The notes: generated by a model from the sequence alone, not told the origin. A DNA stretch of 64,000 bases from Zygnema circumcarinatum SAG 698-1b (GCA_037447605.1 CM074806.1:1798001-1862000); one strand, 5' to 3'; positions 12,001 through 25,700 are shown, numbered from the stretch's first letter. Translations and numbers: made by a program.

Positions 12001-15000
12001 TTGAAAAGTCGCCGCAAAAACACACGGGGAGGCAGGCTCAAGCTTGTCCTTCAAGTGCTCTTTAAACATGAAATACCTACCCTTTCACGGTCCGATGCAC
12101 GCGGTCTTTGTCACTCTCAGTACCAGCTTTCCTTGGCATCCATGGACTTGCAGCTCGGACAATGGCTGGGGCAGCACCCCCACCTTCACCCTGCAAATAA
12201 TACCCGGCGGAAAGTTCCATAACGTGTCCACAACGCTGGGAAAGGTTTGCTAAAGCTTTCCCAGCAAGGGAAAACTTGTACATCTCAGAAATGCTCACAA
12301 ATCCGCACCTTCAACAAAACAATAAGGCAAACGCTCATAACCCCATCTACTACAACAATATGCTTGTCTAGCGCATATTTGACATTGTTAATTTGCAATA
12401 TGGGCAAGCTCCTAGGTTCTATGGCAGAGACACACCCCCGAAGACACGGCTGCTTGCTGGGGCTGCTGCTGCTGATTCGATCTGCCCTGAGAATCTGATC
12501 GTTGTGCTTTTTGCTCAGGCCTTCTGGGGCCATCCCTGTTGTTCTGAGCCGCCTGCACCTGTGGTGCATTCTCTGCTGGTCGAGCCCGCCAGTCCTTCTT
12601 TGGGTCCTCAACAGGGCGCGAAACTCCTTCATTTGCAGGGACCTGCAATGCCGAGCAGAAGGCTTTAATAGCTCTCCACAGACGTAAGGAGGCTTATCAA
12701 AGGCATAGAAGAACAATAGACCTGTTTGACCATATCTAGTTTCTGCCCTTACCGGAGGCAACGGCCGACGCTGCTGCCAGTTAGCCTCTGGTCCTGAACT
12801 TTCTCCAACACCCAATATCTCCTCATTTGCTTCAGTTACTTCTGGTGGTGCTACCTGGCTTGCCTGCAAGCAAGAAACTTCATAATTAGCATCGGGACAT
12901 GTGATAAAATCCCTTCCAGAAGTCGATGGACTGAAAGTTCAACATGCTTGGGTAGCGCAAATGACCCCGAACAAGCAGGATGGACAACTCACTGATGATA
13001 AGCTAAGGACAAGGGATAAACTCCTAGAAACTTCCACCTCAAAAATAGAGAGCAAGTCGAACCTCCACAGAAAAAGACAAATCTTCTTCCAAGTCGCGCA
13101 ATCAAGCACCCTTCACAAAACCCATAAGTTGGATCTCTGTCGACAGCTGTTCAAACGACTGAATGCACATAGAAACCAAGCAGGTGAAACTTACCTACGA
13201 CTTGCACGTTTTCATCCTCTGAAGATATACACAACCAAACAATTACTGACAACAGCATAATGTGTTGGCTATGCTAACACGTAACATGAGATGGAAACTC
13301 ATACACGCGAATGTAAGACCTAAATAGGAGAACTAAATGTAATCCGTCTGGGTTAGTAATTGTCTTCACTCGCTCGTGAGTTTAAATACATAAGAGGCCA
13401 TTTCTATGTTGAAACCGCGAACAGTAAAATCCTCATCCAAAGTAGTTTGCTTCAGTACTTAATACTAACTTCAGAACTGGTCCATAGGTAGAGCTGGAAG
13501 TTAGTTAAACGTAAGAAACGGAGGATCCCCAGAGTCGAAAGCAAAACACCAAAAAGTTAAGAAGCCATGATAGCACAAAGTCATAAATCGTATCTTTGTC
13601 GTAAAGTAACCTCTTAATTTGATGAAAATAAGGAAGTAGCCTCGAACTTCAGATGGAGTCCTCTTCACAAGTGTGATAAGGACGCTCATGAACACTTCTG
13701 ATTACCAAAACCAGTGGAAAAATCAAAGGCGGATTCGTGATTTTCAGAAGCAGTGTTAGGACACACTCAGGGTTGGAAGGCGCTGACTCAGCAGAAAAGT
13801 AAGTCGCATATGGAAGGAAAAGGTGTAAGTTAAGTTTCAGCTGGCAGAATTCTGCAAAACTAGAATCTGTTTACGAGCATTTCTTACAGGACAGACCATT
13901 TCAAACACAGGTTACTTGCAGTGTTGGCCAGTCTCAATCTACACCAACGTGACAAAGACGCATTTTAGTGTGAACACAGTTCACAAGATAGCAAAAGCTA
14001 TAAAGACTTCCTTTATAGAGAACTATAAAAGAAGAGGCGTGTCAGACATCGTTCTAAACTTACGTACAAGAGTGCGGGTAGCGTCTCAACCATTTACCAA
14101 TTTTGCCTCTCAATCGTAACTATCAACTTATCAATTAAAACTCGCCACCAGTCATGACGCGACCACACAAAAAAAATTGCTTTGATTGGTCGTCGGTGCC
14201 TTGCACTCAGGTGGGAGTGAACAAAGTAGTGCCAGGCGGCGATCACTTGGCAAGAATCAAGCTCCAGGAGGTGTGTTGGACTCAATCAATACCGTTGGCC
14301 TACGTGGAGCCACTAGGCACCTCGTACACACTACGACAGACGAGGTTGGTTCAATGGAGAGCGCGGAACCCAGAAAAATGGTCGAACTCGGCCAAATAGT
14401 TAGTAATGGAGAGAGCGCCATAGAGAAAACCTATGGGCCTTTTTTAACTGCCGCTGTGTATGCAAATAATTCGCAGCCACTTCCAACTACAATATGAAAG
14501 CTAGCCAGCCCATTCCCTTCGTTGTCATGAAATGACTTTGAACCTAAACATACAGAATAAACTCGCAACCTTTCAGATTCTGCCAACGCTTACTTTCCAG
14601 TGTCATATTCTAAAGTGTCCTTCGCACAGCTGCATTCTCCTTCGCCGGCAACGCTTTAGTCAATGATGCATAAAAGGTGAAAGTCCAGTCAGCCATCTCC
14701 TTGAACCTTGGCGAGTTAAACACTTGAAATAATCCCTTGCTTTCTGGTCAATCACTAAGCCGTACATAAAAACTTCGAGTTTCGCCAACTCAATCTTTGG
14801 TACAACCAGGCGACTTGATTGTAACGAGCCCAATTTGGCAAAAAGGTACTTCGGAAACTAAAAGAGAGCCTGCTCGATCAAAGGGGTGACAACCTCCTAA
14901 CCAGTCTCTCCCTCGCAACAACAACAGTATGCAATGACTGAGGAACTTCACCTGCTGTAGGGCCAGCAACTCTTCTCTCGTGTAGCGAATGCGCGGCCCA

Positions 15001-15693
15001 GCTTTACGCTGCAATCATCCTCCAACCAAGAAATACGTCATACATCTACATGCGCACCATATTTCTGCCAATTGAAAACTATACTCTAAGCAAATGGATA
15101 GGCCTCTTGAAATAAGAAGTGTCATGGCTTAACTAATTTAATGGGTTGACAAACCCTACCTCAGCACGGGCTCCATCTTCAGTCCCCCGTCCAAAGCCAG
15201 CGCCCGGTCGCAAGGAAAATGCAGGTCTTCCACCACCAGGCCGCAAAGACAGAGAGCCTCCGGGTCGAAGGCTCACAGAAGCAGAGGCTATGGACGTAGT
15301 TGAGGCTGCAACATCTGCAAAGACCAAAATTACGATAGTTTTTTCAGCGCTACAAAGGACAGCTCAAGCAGCTGAACGCCAAAGACACCATAAGACAGCA
15401 AGAGTGCTTCCATTGATCCCCTTCGCTTTGCAGCCGACTCCCAGGCATGCTATATGCTTCAACCGTTGCTTAAGCGTCAGTACACCCATTAGACGCCTCC
15501 TAAACTATCCCAAAACACATACAGCTGTGAAATTCTGGCCCCTCCTTCTACACAGCCTTAGGCTTCGTGTCCTATAAAAAGCGAGCCTGCAAAAGACGGT
15601 TGGCGAGCAAGTATGACCAGAAGAGGCGAGCGTCGAGGAGGAGTCGGGAAAAGCCGCGGGCGCGGAAAGGGGAGCGCTCTCCGTGGCGGCCAT
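9062..15693 (-). CDS. eIFiso4G: Eukaryotic translation initiation factor isoform 4G
   Basis: N-terminal SLRPGG motifs (~15200-15275), 4E-binding YTREELL (~14965-14990), MIF4G exons [10 protein letters not shown] (~11545-11627), [19 protein letters not shown] (~10890-11145) and [18 protein letters not shown] (~10581-10703), then the terminal 9062-10440 exon with an MA3 domain ([21 protein letters not shown]). Exon 1 starts gccATGg at 15693 and joins in phase 1. Confidence 0.95.
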
Positions 15694-15723
15694 GGAGGGT
15701 CGGCCGCAGCCGCAGCCTCAGCC

Positions 15724-15732
15724 TTTAGGGTT
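15724..15732 (-). promoter_or_regulatory. Telo-box-like element (AACCCTAAA) in the eIF(iso)4G leader
   Basis: TTTAGGGTT on + at 15724-15732, about 30 nt upstream of the eIF(iso)4G ATG. Telo-boxes are established in the 5' regions of plant translation-machinery genes. The motif is short, so it could be chance. Confidence 0.4.
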
Positions 15733-15867
15733 CCGCGCGGCGCTACTCCGCCACTCTCTCTCTAAACCCGCCCGCGCCCTCCCCTGCAGGGCAGCGTCCC
15801 CTCCACCGTTCCGTGTGCCAGTTCGCTGGTCCGTGCAACTGGATAACGCGCACATAACGCGCAAGCG

Positions 15868-15885
15868 ACCGTAATATATTACGGT
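15868..15885. promoter_or_regulatory. Perfect 18-bp palindrome ACCGTAATATATTACGGT near the centre of the eIF(iso)4G/PABN bidirectional promoter
   Basis: Read directly; it equals its own reverse complement and contains a TATA-like core on both strands. Confidence 0.5.
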
Positions 15886-16134
15886 TCCAGTTCAACAAAT
15901 ATCCTAGCGGTTATGTAACGGCGACGGGACTGGAACAGCGACGGAGATTTTCCTGGGGCCAAACAGTTGAGAGTCTAACTAGAACTGAGACAAGCGAACA
16001 TGGAACCGCGGACGGCCTGCTCCCTTCCGCAGGCCTGCCTTCGCCGACGAAGGGACTGCTCTGAGGGCGAAGTCGCCCTGCGGTGCGCCACGTGGCAGGC
16101 GGCCGGTGCAAGGGCGGGGAGAAGGGAGGCGGCC

Positions 16135-17990
16135 ATGGATGAGGAGCACGAGGTGTACGGGGGGGAGATACCGGAGGAAGCAGAGGCGGATGCGGACGCA
16201 GAGGGCGACATGGACGCCCATGGGGAGGACGGAGCAGGGAAGGGGGAGGGCGGGCCCGGCGACGATTTGGCCTCCAAGGTGCGCTGAGAGAGCTTCGAGC
16301 TTGACTGCAATTCAACAGGGAACTGTCCACAGGGGCGACTGAGGCACCTGCACTGCACAAGAATGATTTTTGTTCCAGAGTATCCTGCTTATTCGCTTCA
16401 AGGGTGCGCGACTGTGCAGGAGCTTGAAGAGATGAAGAAGCGGCTAAAAGAGATGGAGGAGGAGGCTGCTGCCTTACGCGACATGCAGGCGCGTGTTGAA
16501 AGGGAGATGGGTGCGACAGGTATGGTGTCGTGTAACTCCTCACCGGGTTTCCAGCCTGCATGCAATTTCTGGGCGGGGGATCTCACTGGGCGCTGTACTG
16601 CTGTCTGCAGATCCTGCATCGGCCTCAGCACAAGCGAATAGAGAAGAAGCGGATGCGCGGTCTGTTTTTGTTGGCAATGTGTGTGCGGAAATCCACTCCC
16701 ATTTGGCCTTGCAACTTGTACCTTACTAAAAAAAAAACAGCTAAATAAATGATTCCTCTCTCAATTCTAGCCACCAAAAGAGGTTTCATGTGTGGACGGA
16801 AACACTTGACTTTTCTGGGGGGGGTTTGGTGGGAGAGAGTGATCTTAAATTGAACATTCTCGGAGGGTTTCACAGGTAGATTATGCATGCACGCCAGAGG
16901 AGGTGCAGCAGCATTTCCAATCCTGCGGGACGGTGAATCGTGTGACAATTCTCACTGACAAGTTTGGCCACCCCAAAGGGTAAGCTGCTTGAATGAACCA
17001 ATTCTGTTCGCAACCAGGATTCACCGATTTGAATTATCGAAACCAGGAAGTCATTGCATTACATCACACCAAACCGGAGTTACCTTTGCGCCTTCAAACA
17101 AGTCATTACTGTACCAAGTCAAGTCTAGCTGCGCATGCCTGAAGTATCTGGCACTTGTTGATGGCACCTGTGAACGGCAGTGATGGAGATGACACAACCT
17201 GAGAGCCAGTTAGTAGTGCCAATCCGGTATTCGGGTGTATACTAAACCCTTTCTGCAACTTGTAAGAAACTATTCAACTTGAGCACCCCTCAGAGCTGTT
17301 CCATGGGCGTATTGGAGGCAGGTTTGCATATGTGGAGTTTTTGGAGCTGGAGGCTGTGCAAAATGCAGTGCTTCTTTCTGACTCCGAACTTCACGGGCGT
17401 CCTATTAAGGTTCGGTAGCTCTACCTTACGTTATTACTGGAGAGGATAGTCTTCTTGAGCTGGCGAGGAATTGTTCTGATTCCCTTTTTAGAGTTTCTAG
17501 GATAAGCAGTCAAGAAGGCACATCATAGCACATCATTTATGGAGCTAACAGCATTGAAAGCGTTCACAGGTTGGTGCGAAGCGGACCAATGTACCTGGCC
17601 TGAAACAGTACCGCACAAGGCGTTTCAGTCCTTACGGCTATCGGCCGCGCCGGCCATACTTTGCCAGCTATGGGTGTGTATCGAAGCTTTGACTTTTTGC
17701 TTGTAGGAGCTTAAAAAAATTAGCAGGGCTTATGGTAGAGTGTCATGCATTTCAGCTGGTTGGGATGATCATGAAATTTCACTATGTAAATGACAGAGGT
17801 CCTGTTTTGGTGTTTAGAAATCATTAGAAATGATCGGAAAGCAGATGATATTTGTAAAGCGGGATGTTTTGTAGATTACAGGAGGATCATCTGCGAACTC
17901 ATCTCTGCCTTTCTCTTGTCCGTGTGTTTTATGCTATGCAGGAGAAGTCCACGCTTTCGGAGGCCGGTTCGGTACAGACCTTACTTTTGA
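16135..17990 (+). CDS. PABN: Nuclear poly(A)-binding protein (PABN1/PABP2 family), 7 exons
   Basis: [13 protein letters not shown]..., [23 protein letters not shown] (coiled coil), [12 protein letters not shown]|[35 protein letters not shown]|[15 protein letters not shown]|[13 protein letters not shown] (RRM), and Arg/Tyr tail [15 protein letters not shown]. All junctions are GT-AG and in phase. Confidence 0.96.
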
Positions 17991-19305
17991 TCATGCGAAA
18001 TAAGCATCCCAGTCTGAACTCGCGAAACGAGCATTCCAGTTAGCTGAGACTTATGCAGCTTGTAAACATTTTGCTTCAAGAGTCATCCGTTTGAAACAGC
18101 AGTCAGTGCCTCGGGCTATTCCATCCTTACGTAGTGACATATGCTGTAATCTGTAGTTTCCTGAAGTCTCTGAGGCAGGAATGTCAAGAGACGGCACCAG
18201 CATCACGTTCTCCGCACCCTCGTTGGCTTCTTGGGTTTGTTTACAGTCCGAGCATTCCGTAGAGTCCCTTTAGATTATCGTGCCCCCCACCTCTATTGGA
18301 GGCGATTGCAGAGCGCTGCTAACTCGTCCGCCATTTTGTTAGCGAGGCTACCTGACTTTCTTTGTTCAAGTGAGGGGCTGGGCGGAACTGACGTCCAGCG
18401 TGGAGCTATGAGTGGCTGAGGCAGTAAGTTCGGTTGTAAGGGGTGCCTCCGTCTGCTTCTAGTGAATTGCGGAGATCTGCGCAGGATGTCATCCTGTTCT
18501 GCCTCCCAGTGATGTTCCCAAAAGTGGAATGAGTGGCCGCCTGCAGGAAACACAACGCCCGGGTTTTCAGAGTTTTTTAGGAAATCGACAACTGGTTTTC
18601 AATGAGTTTGGCTGTGTTGCCTCTTCAATCTTCTATATCGTCCTGTCGCATGCATTTTGTTGTGTGCTGCTTCGAATGCACTGACAGTGCAGGCTTCAGA
18701 ATGGGCAGGCGCATCCGTGACATTTGTCAAAAACTCTGGTGAGAAGGGGATTGGTGGGTGATACTCCATGGTTGTACTCTTTATTCCATCCCTAGCCTCT
18801 TTTTGCATATCGTCCCTACTTTCCAATGAAGAGATAATAGTCGCTTGTACCTAGGCCTCCTAAGCTCATACCTTGTAATCATTCTCTATGGGTGACTTTG
18901 CCGGTTGACTTGTGTCTGCTTCACAACATATTGACCTACATTCCACCGTGAAGGCAGTAGCCAGCTTCCTTTTCATTGTTTTTGGGAGTACAATACAAGC
19001 TCCATAAAAACACGATTTCTTTGCTAACACTGCAGACACTTCACTCGCGGCGGCCAGTTGGTTGCTTGGACATACTCGGGCAAAGCCGAACGATCCTGAC
19101 TTCAGATCCCTAGCCGTTGGCCTCAGGGGTTCCCTGACTTTAGGGTGTTTGGATAATATACTCCCGACATCATGGAGTTTCTACTGTATGAGAATTGGTA
19201 ATCCCTGAGGAGTTAACAAGCTGACTGTGCTCGGCTGAGTGCAGAGGCGAGATGGTCAAATTGCTGAACTCATCACACTCCAAAAGCCCCTCTTGTTGAA
19301 GTGCC

Positions 19306-22300
19306 TCAGACCGGACCTCCCCTACTGAACCGTTCGTAAACGTCAGCACTAAAGTGGCTGGTGCTCACACGAACATTCGTGAAAGCCGTCTCAAAATGGC
19401 GCATGCTCAACACTTCCGCAGACATGTCCTCCTGCATGTTCTCACACATTTTGCACTATAAAGTTTAGCATTATAGATCCGTAGTCTACAAGCGTTTCCA
19501 GTAACATTCTTTTTGCTTCAGTAGCATCAAGAGTAAATGCGAGAGATATGGCGAACTGAAGTGAACCTGCAGTTTGAGGTGACAGCTACAAAACTACTCA
19601 ACTGTATGAATTACAACAGGTAGACCACAAACATGCATTGGGATGGGAGCACAAAAACACACACACAAGCGAGATACTACGAGAGTGCGGGCGCTTTACC
19701 TCAAGAGCACTCATGGCAGCTTCGCGGCAAATGGCGGAAATGTCCGCTCCAGTGAAGCCTTCTGATCGCCGCGCCAACTCCTGTGTGTCAACATCAGCAG
19801 CACAAGGTGTTTTTCGCAAATGGATAGCGAAGATTTGCTGTCGTGCGGCCTCCTCTGGCGGGCCCACATAGAGTAGGCGATCAAAGCGGCCTGCAGCCTC
19901 GCCTCGAGATTGTGTGACATGAGCACAGGTACGACATGAATATTTTTTCAAAAAGTGATTCGTATATCTCTTCATCGGCAAAAGATAGGCTTAAAGATAT
20001 GAGCTGAGCTAGATTCGACTGACCCAAAATTAAGAACCAATTTTTAGATTCGTGCACACGTACGGCTGGACACAGACTCGGGTATGTCAGACGTGTTTGT
20101 GGGCATACGAGATTTGCCAAATAACGACATGATAGCAATGGAAAATGTGCTCGTAACTACGGAGGAGCGGCTGGAAATGGGCATGGCCTCCATAGCCACT
20201 CTGCATGGGCGGCTAAAGCATCCAAGCAGCTACTAAGAAAGTGCTTTACAGGCATCCCACATTCAATCAAGCTGCTGAACTGAACGTCTCCCTTGAATTC
20301 ACAGGCTCCGTAATGACAACAAACGGCGAGAAGACCACCAGACGGATTAGAATGAAAGCAAAACAGTGGCATGGAAAAGCATCGTTTGGCAAAGCAGCAC
20401 TGCACCTGGTCGCAGCAGAGCGGAGTCAATGAGATCAGGGCGATTTGTGGCGGCAAGAACTGATACCCCGGCCAAGGGACTTATACCTGCAAACGCAGCC
20501 CCTCCACCATCTCAGCTATGGTGTATTAACCAGCCAAATCTGCACTCCTTCAGTCCTTCCTTCTGTTCAATCAAGGACCTCTTGTCCCCCCCCTTCCTCC
20601 CCGCTTTTCCAACAGTTTTGAAGTTAGGGCCAACATCCAAAAATGGGGTGACATCCAAAATTACTTGTTGGTCGAACCAATGGCGATCGTACATCGAATT
20701 AAATAGGTCAGCAATCGTACTGTCAGAGTCGGGTGCCACAGTTGTCAATGATGCACTTCATTTCAAGCCAAATGCTCTCAGGCTGCAAGCGGCAAAACCG
20801 GAATTCCTGTGGGGATGGTCTGTGTTGTAGGTTCCGGCACAGTATTCCTAGTCGCCTGCTTTTAAAGAAACATCCTTCAAACAAGGTGTACCAGACGTAA
20901 AGGACTATCTGATTAATCAAATAAGCTTTTGATATTCTATCTGTTCGTCAAAGAAATCCTGAAGTAAGGTCCCCGAGCAGTTTGCAATGAATCCTAGAAA
21001 ATCGGCTGCATGAAGTGGGCTCGTCCATGCATATATACGCACGTGAATCCGTTTGTGCCGATTGAGTCGATTCAACAATGCGCCACTCTCACAGACTGAT
21101 AGACAATTCTGTTTCGCAATGACCATGGCCTACTTCTCGCTACCGCCGGATCACGTGAGCGTCCAATCTATCTCCGCACATCATTCACAAATATAAATCT
21201 CTCCCTCACCAACTTCTCATGAGACCCCATAACTGCCACAGATTGAATACCTTCCTTGAGATGGAAAACTTCCATGACAAAGAATCGACTTCAGATCTTG
21301 TCTTTCTACTTGCCAGTGAAGGGAGGAATAGGGGTTGGAGCATGCCGGAAGCTCACCGTCCATCTCTACCAGCAGCTGGCTGATGACGCGGTCTCCAACG
21401 GACGCACCTTCCTCTCCTTGTCCGAGCTCCCTTGAAGCAGTTAAACCATCAATCTCGTCGAAGAAGATGACGGATGGAGCAGAGGCCCTGGCACGAGCGA
21501 AAAGGGTCTGGACGGCTTTTTCTGATTCTCCGACCCATTTGCTCAGAAGTTCAGGCCCCTGCAAAGCAGCCCTCCCTCCGCAGGCAGGCATCATGACAGA
21601 GCTGAAGAGCGAAAGATCTCTTTGCCGGAAAGTCACAACATGTGATGCTTAAAAAGTTTCAGTCAGATTAGGCACTATCTCCCACGCTGCTTGAAGAAGA
21701 AAATTGTCCAGGCATGGAAAGTAAGAAGTCATAGCGCCGTTACAGCTATGAGAATACCAGCTTCATTCAGGCGTATCGTTAGTGGAGAATCTCAACTATG
21801 GCCTCCTACTTTGTTCACAACGCATGTTGAAAATAGTCATCGGAACATATCCAAGCACTCATTGAATCGTCTGAGACTTTCCTGGATGACTGACCAGGGC
21901 AGTATGGCTCGGTTCCATTCTCTCAGATGAATTGGGCTATTACTAGGCAAGTCGGCCATCCTGAGCAGTATGTTTGTATGTGGATGCGGCATTTTGCACT
22001 AGTGCGAAATCAAACAAAAGGGTCTTTCTGTTCAACATTGTTTGATTAAAAACACGAACAATTATAACTTAACATGCTCTTGTTCGATTAGCACTCACAA
22101 GGCAAGCATGTAACTCGCAAACAGGCATATTCATGTGAATCACTGTGAAGTGCACTGCACCTTCCGATACTTCAGAAAAAAAAAAAAAGACTCCATAGTT
22201 CACCTTCATAGTTCAGCAAAACTTGCGAGGAAAGCATACCTTGACTGGAAGGAAGTTAAGGCCACCTTCAGTAGCCACCGCCCTGCCACCCACAGCCCCT

Positions 22301-22685
22301 TCATGGGATTCGCAAACTGCACAACCGTAGGGGCACAGGAAGGACCCAAGGGACAACCAGCAGGGCGGCAAGAAGCAGAAGAAGTGTCCAATTGAAAAAC
22401 ACGCGTTAAAAGAAAGGGTGCAGAAGGGGGGCTCGAGGACTAGGACAAACACACACACGCAGACACAGCCACAAGCCCGCAAAGCAAGCTGACTCTTGGA
22501 GCGTTATTGAAATTGGATTGACTTCCGCTTGCCTTATGCGCCTAGATGGTTTAAACATCGACATTGAATATTCAAACGATTTGCATCATGTGTGATTGGC
22601 ATTATTCCTGTTGATTGTTCCAAAGTTCGGCTTTGAAATAAAAGCTTATCCGTAAAACTAAATCCGTTTGGCTATTGTATTTGAA

Positions 22686-22716
<31 letters not shown>

Positions 22717-25700
22717 GCCGGCTCAGCTACAGGAGGAAGCAAACGAAATTCCCTCTCCTCCCCCTCCCTCTTCCCCCTCCCCCCTCGCTCTCTCTCTCTC
22801 CCTCTCCCTCTCCCTCTCCCTCTCCAAATAGAACAGCAATCGATTGACCGGCCGCACCTGGCCATGAGCGTCTTGCTGCAGCCGGGCGGGCCGTACAGCA
22901 GCACTCCCCTTGGGGGGGCCGCGCCCACCCTCGCCAGCGCCGCCGCGTGCCTCTGCGGCCACTCCACCGCCTCCTGAAGCCTCTGCACCGCCGGCAGGGG
23001 GGTGGGAGAGATGATGGTGCTGGTGGGAGATGTGCGTGGGAGATGTGTGTGGGAGATGTTGGTGGGAGATGTTGGTGGGAGATGTGTGTGGGAGATGTTG
23101 GTGGGAGATGTGTGTGGGAGATGTTGGTGGGAGATGTTGGTGGGAGATGTGTGTGGGAGATGTTGGTGGGAGATGTGTGTGGGAGATGTTGGTGGGAGAT
23201 GTTGGTGGGAGATGTGTGTGGGAGATGTTGGTGGGAGATTTTGGTGGGAGATGTGTGTGGGAGATGTTGGTGGGAGATGTTGGTGGGAGATGGTGATGGG
23301 AGATGTGTGTGGGAGGAAATAACAATTGTTTGAAAGGCGAGATAGTTGCCGCTATGCATCGAAGTACATAGGCTTCAGTATCGCACGCTACAGCAGTTAT
23401 TCGAAATGATGGTTACACGTCCTGACGAGGGTCTATGACGACCAATCAACGCAAAATGAGTTGTGTGATCCACTTAACCGGATTTGAGTGGCTGCTGGCG
23501 GACAAGGTGAATATCAAGAGTCTGTTTTGCTTCACTAATGAAAGTGTCGTACTCCTAATGGGCACTTTTAGATGAGTTAGAGACACTGCGTTTCCTGTGT
23601 AAAAAGGTTAAAAACATGTAATTTCCAGGTCCAACTAGCACTACGATAGCTTTAAAAGGTCCAATTTTCAGTCACTCATATTTAGCAGAGAGGCGGCCTG
23701 TGGTTAGGCCATTATTGCTGGACGACTCACCTGCTTGATGTCCTCGTTGCCGCCAATGTCGCTCCAAAGAACGCGCGGGACTTCTACCAAGACCTGCTCA
23801 AACAAAAAAACCACTCTCCAGTCAACGGAAAGACCCACCCAACTTTCTTGAACATGACAATGCTCATTCGCAGCATAGGTAGTGAGGCCGAGCTCACCTC
23901 GCGCAAAGCACTTGGCCGGACACGTCTCCTTGCAACTTCAAAATCTTCCATCCCCACTCGTGGTATCTGCTGCACCTTTTCTGACTTTTGCTGCCCAACT
24001 CCGAGTGATTCGTCAGATAATCCATTTTCTTCGGGTTCGACAGTCCTTGCGTTTATTCCCAGCCCTTCCGCGTCAGAAAGCTTCCCCCCCATCACCTCTG
24101 CATTCATTCCGGCCCCTTCATTCTCGCCAATATGCCGACCTTTCACGAATCGCCGAAGTGCTGCCATGGCTGCTTCGGAGCAGAGAGCCGCAAGGTCAGC
24201 TCCCACAAAGCCATGAGCATCCGCCGCGAGCCCTGCGACCTCCCTTTCTGAAAGCGAGTGATGCATTTTGGCAAGAATTGCTCTCAGGATTTCGCGACGA
24301 TCGGATGGAGTAGGGACGCCTGCAGAAAAAGCCTTCGAACGGCGTCAAGTGAAGGAGACTGACAAGGACTTGAGGCACGCTTGCACCACCATATACCTCA
24401 GCAGAACATACATACATACCTACATACATACATACACGAATATCTTCCGACTCCAAATGCAGTGGTGCTGCATTGCAGGCAGTTGGGGAAACTCTCACCA
24501 ACCTCCAGTTCGCGGTCGAAGCGACCAGGGCGACGCAGGGCGGGGTCGATTGCCTCAAGGCGGTTGGTGGCGGCCACCACCACGACCCCCTCCATGGCCC
24601 TCCCCCCGTCAAGCAGAGTAAGGAGGGCTGCCACCATGCGCTGGGTGAGCTCCTCGGAGTCCGCTCTCGAGCCGGCCATGGCGTCCAGCTCGTCTATGAA
24701 CACCTGCACGAGGACCGCTTTTCACGCTCAGAATGGTCATTCTAAGCAGCCCAGACTTGGGGACAACGAGCAAAAACGAAGGAGTGGTATCGTATTGATA
24801 CAGTAAAGTCACACTCTTCAGAGTTTGAAGGGGATGAAATGGAAGATAGACAGACACACCATGTTGCCCGTGTAATGTGTCAGGCAAACTATATTGCACT
24901 CTGATTGATATTGGGCTAGGGGAAAGAGCTGCATCTGTGCCTTCTGACACGGAATGATAAGCATTGCAGAACCAAAGTGACCAAAGCCCAGAAATAACAC
25001 GAAGTAGATACAAAGGTACGAACAGAGTAGTTATAAGGCAGCACCGACCACGGAAGGGGCAGCCTTTTCCGCAGCTTCAAAGACGTCCCGTAGTGCTCTC
25101 TCACTCTCCCCAAAGTACTGAGAAAACACTTCCGCCCCATTCAAAACGAGCAGCGCAGCACCGGACTCGGCAGCCACTGCCCTCGCCAGAGAGGTCTTCC
25201 CCGTGCCCGGCGGGCCATGCAGGAGGACGCCCCGGGGAGGTCGCACACCGTACCTGCGGGAAACAGGCCATGGCTCTCTCTCCCCTCAGGATATTGCCTA
25301 CGCTAATGCGTCTAATGTGTACAGGGTCTAATGTGTATTGGGTCAGGGGGTGTCCTACCATGGTCAGCATCCATCCATCCAGCATTCACAGAGGCCAACA
25401 TAGGACTAAGCAGCTGCTTGTGAAGGTCACAAAATCATGCTGGCCGTGGAAAACTGCATCATAACTAAAGGCAAGCATCAGGGTGAGGGCCCTGTGGGGA
25501 CTCTCGGGATACCTATTTCTGTCTATCTGCCAGCACCCTTACCTGTGGCATGCTGTATGAAACAGAAACATGTCAACAACACAGAAGATTCTCACCCTTG
25601 GGTATAAGAAAGGAGCGGAGGCTTCTAGCTAGAATGCTCACAAAAGGGCACTTCTGGCCCTAAATGGAAGGCAACATGCTCAAGAATGTCAAGACAAAAA

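Noticed and set aside
16000-16134. Upstream in-frame ATG extending PABN
   Set aside because: The homologous start [13 protein letters not shown] has a strong context at 16135, and the extension spans promoter-like sequence including a G-box.
20512-21126. Two intronic minus-strand ORFs in the same frame, as a possible decayed TE gene
   Set aside because: Four stops in about 205 codons and no recognisable motif; not distinguishable from chance without a blastx.
23001-23315. Tandem repeat as a CRISPR array, or its ORFs (22723..23359, 22947..23333) as proteins
   Set aside because: There are no unique spacers, the context is a eukaryotic intron, and the ORFs are translation artefacts of a stop-free repeat.
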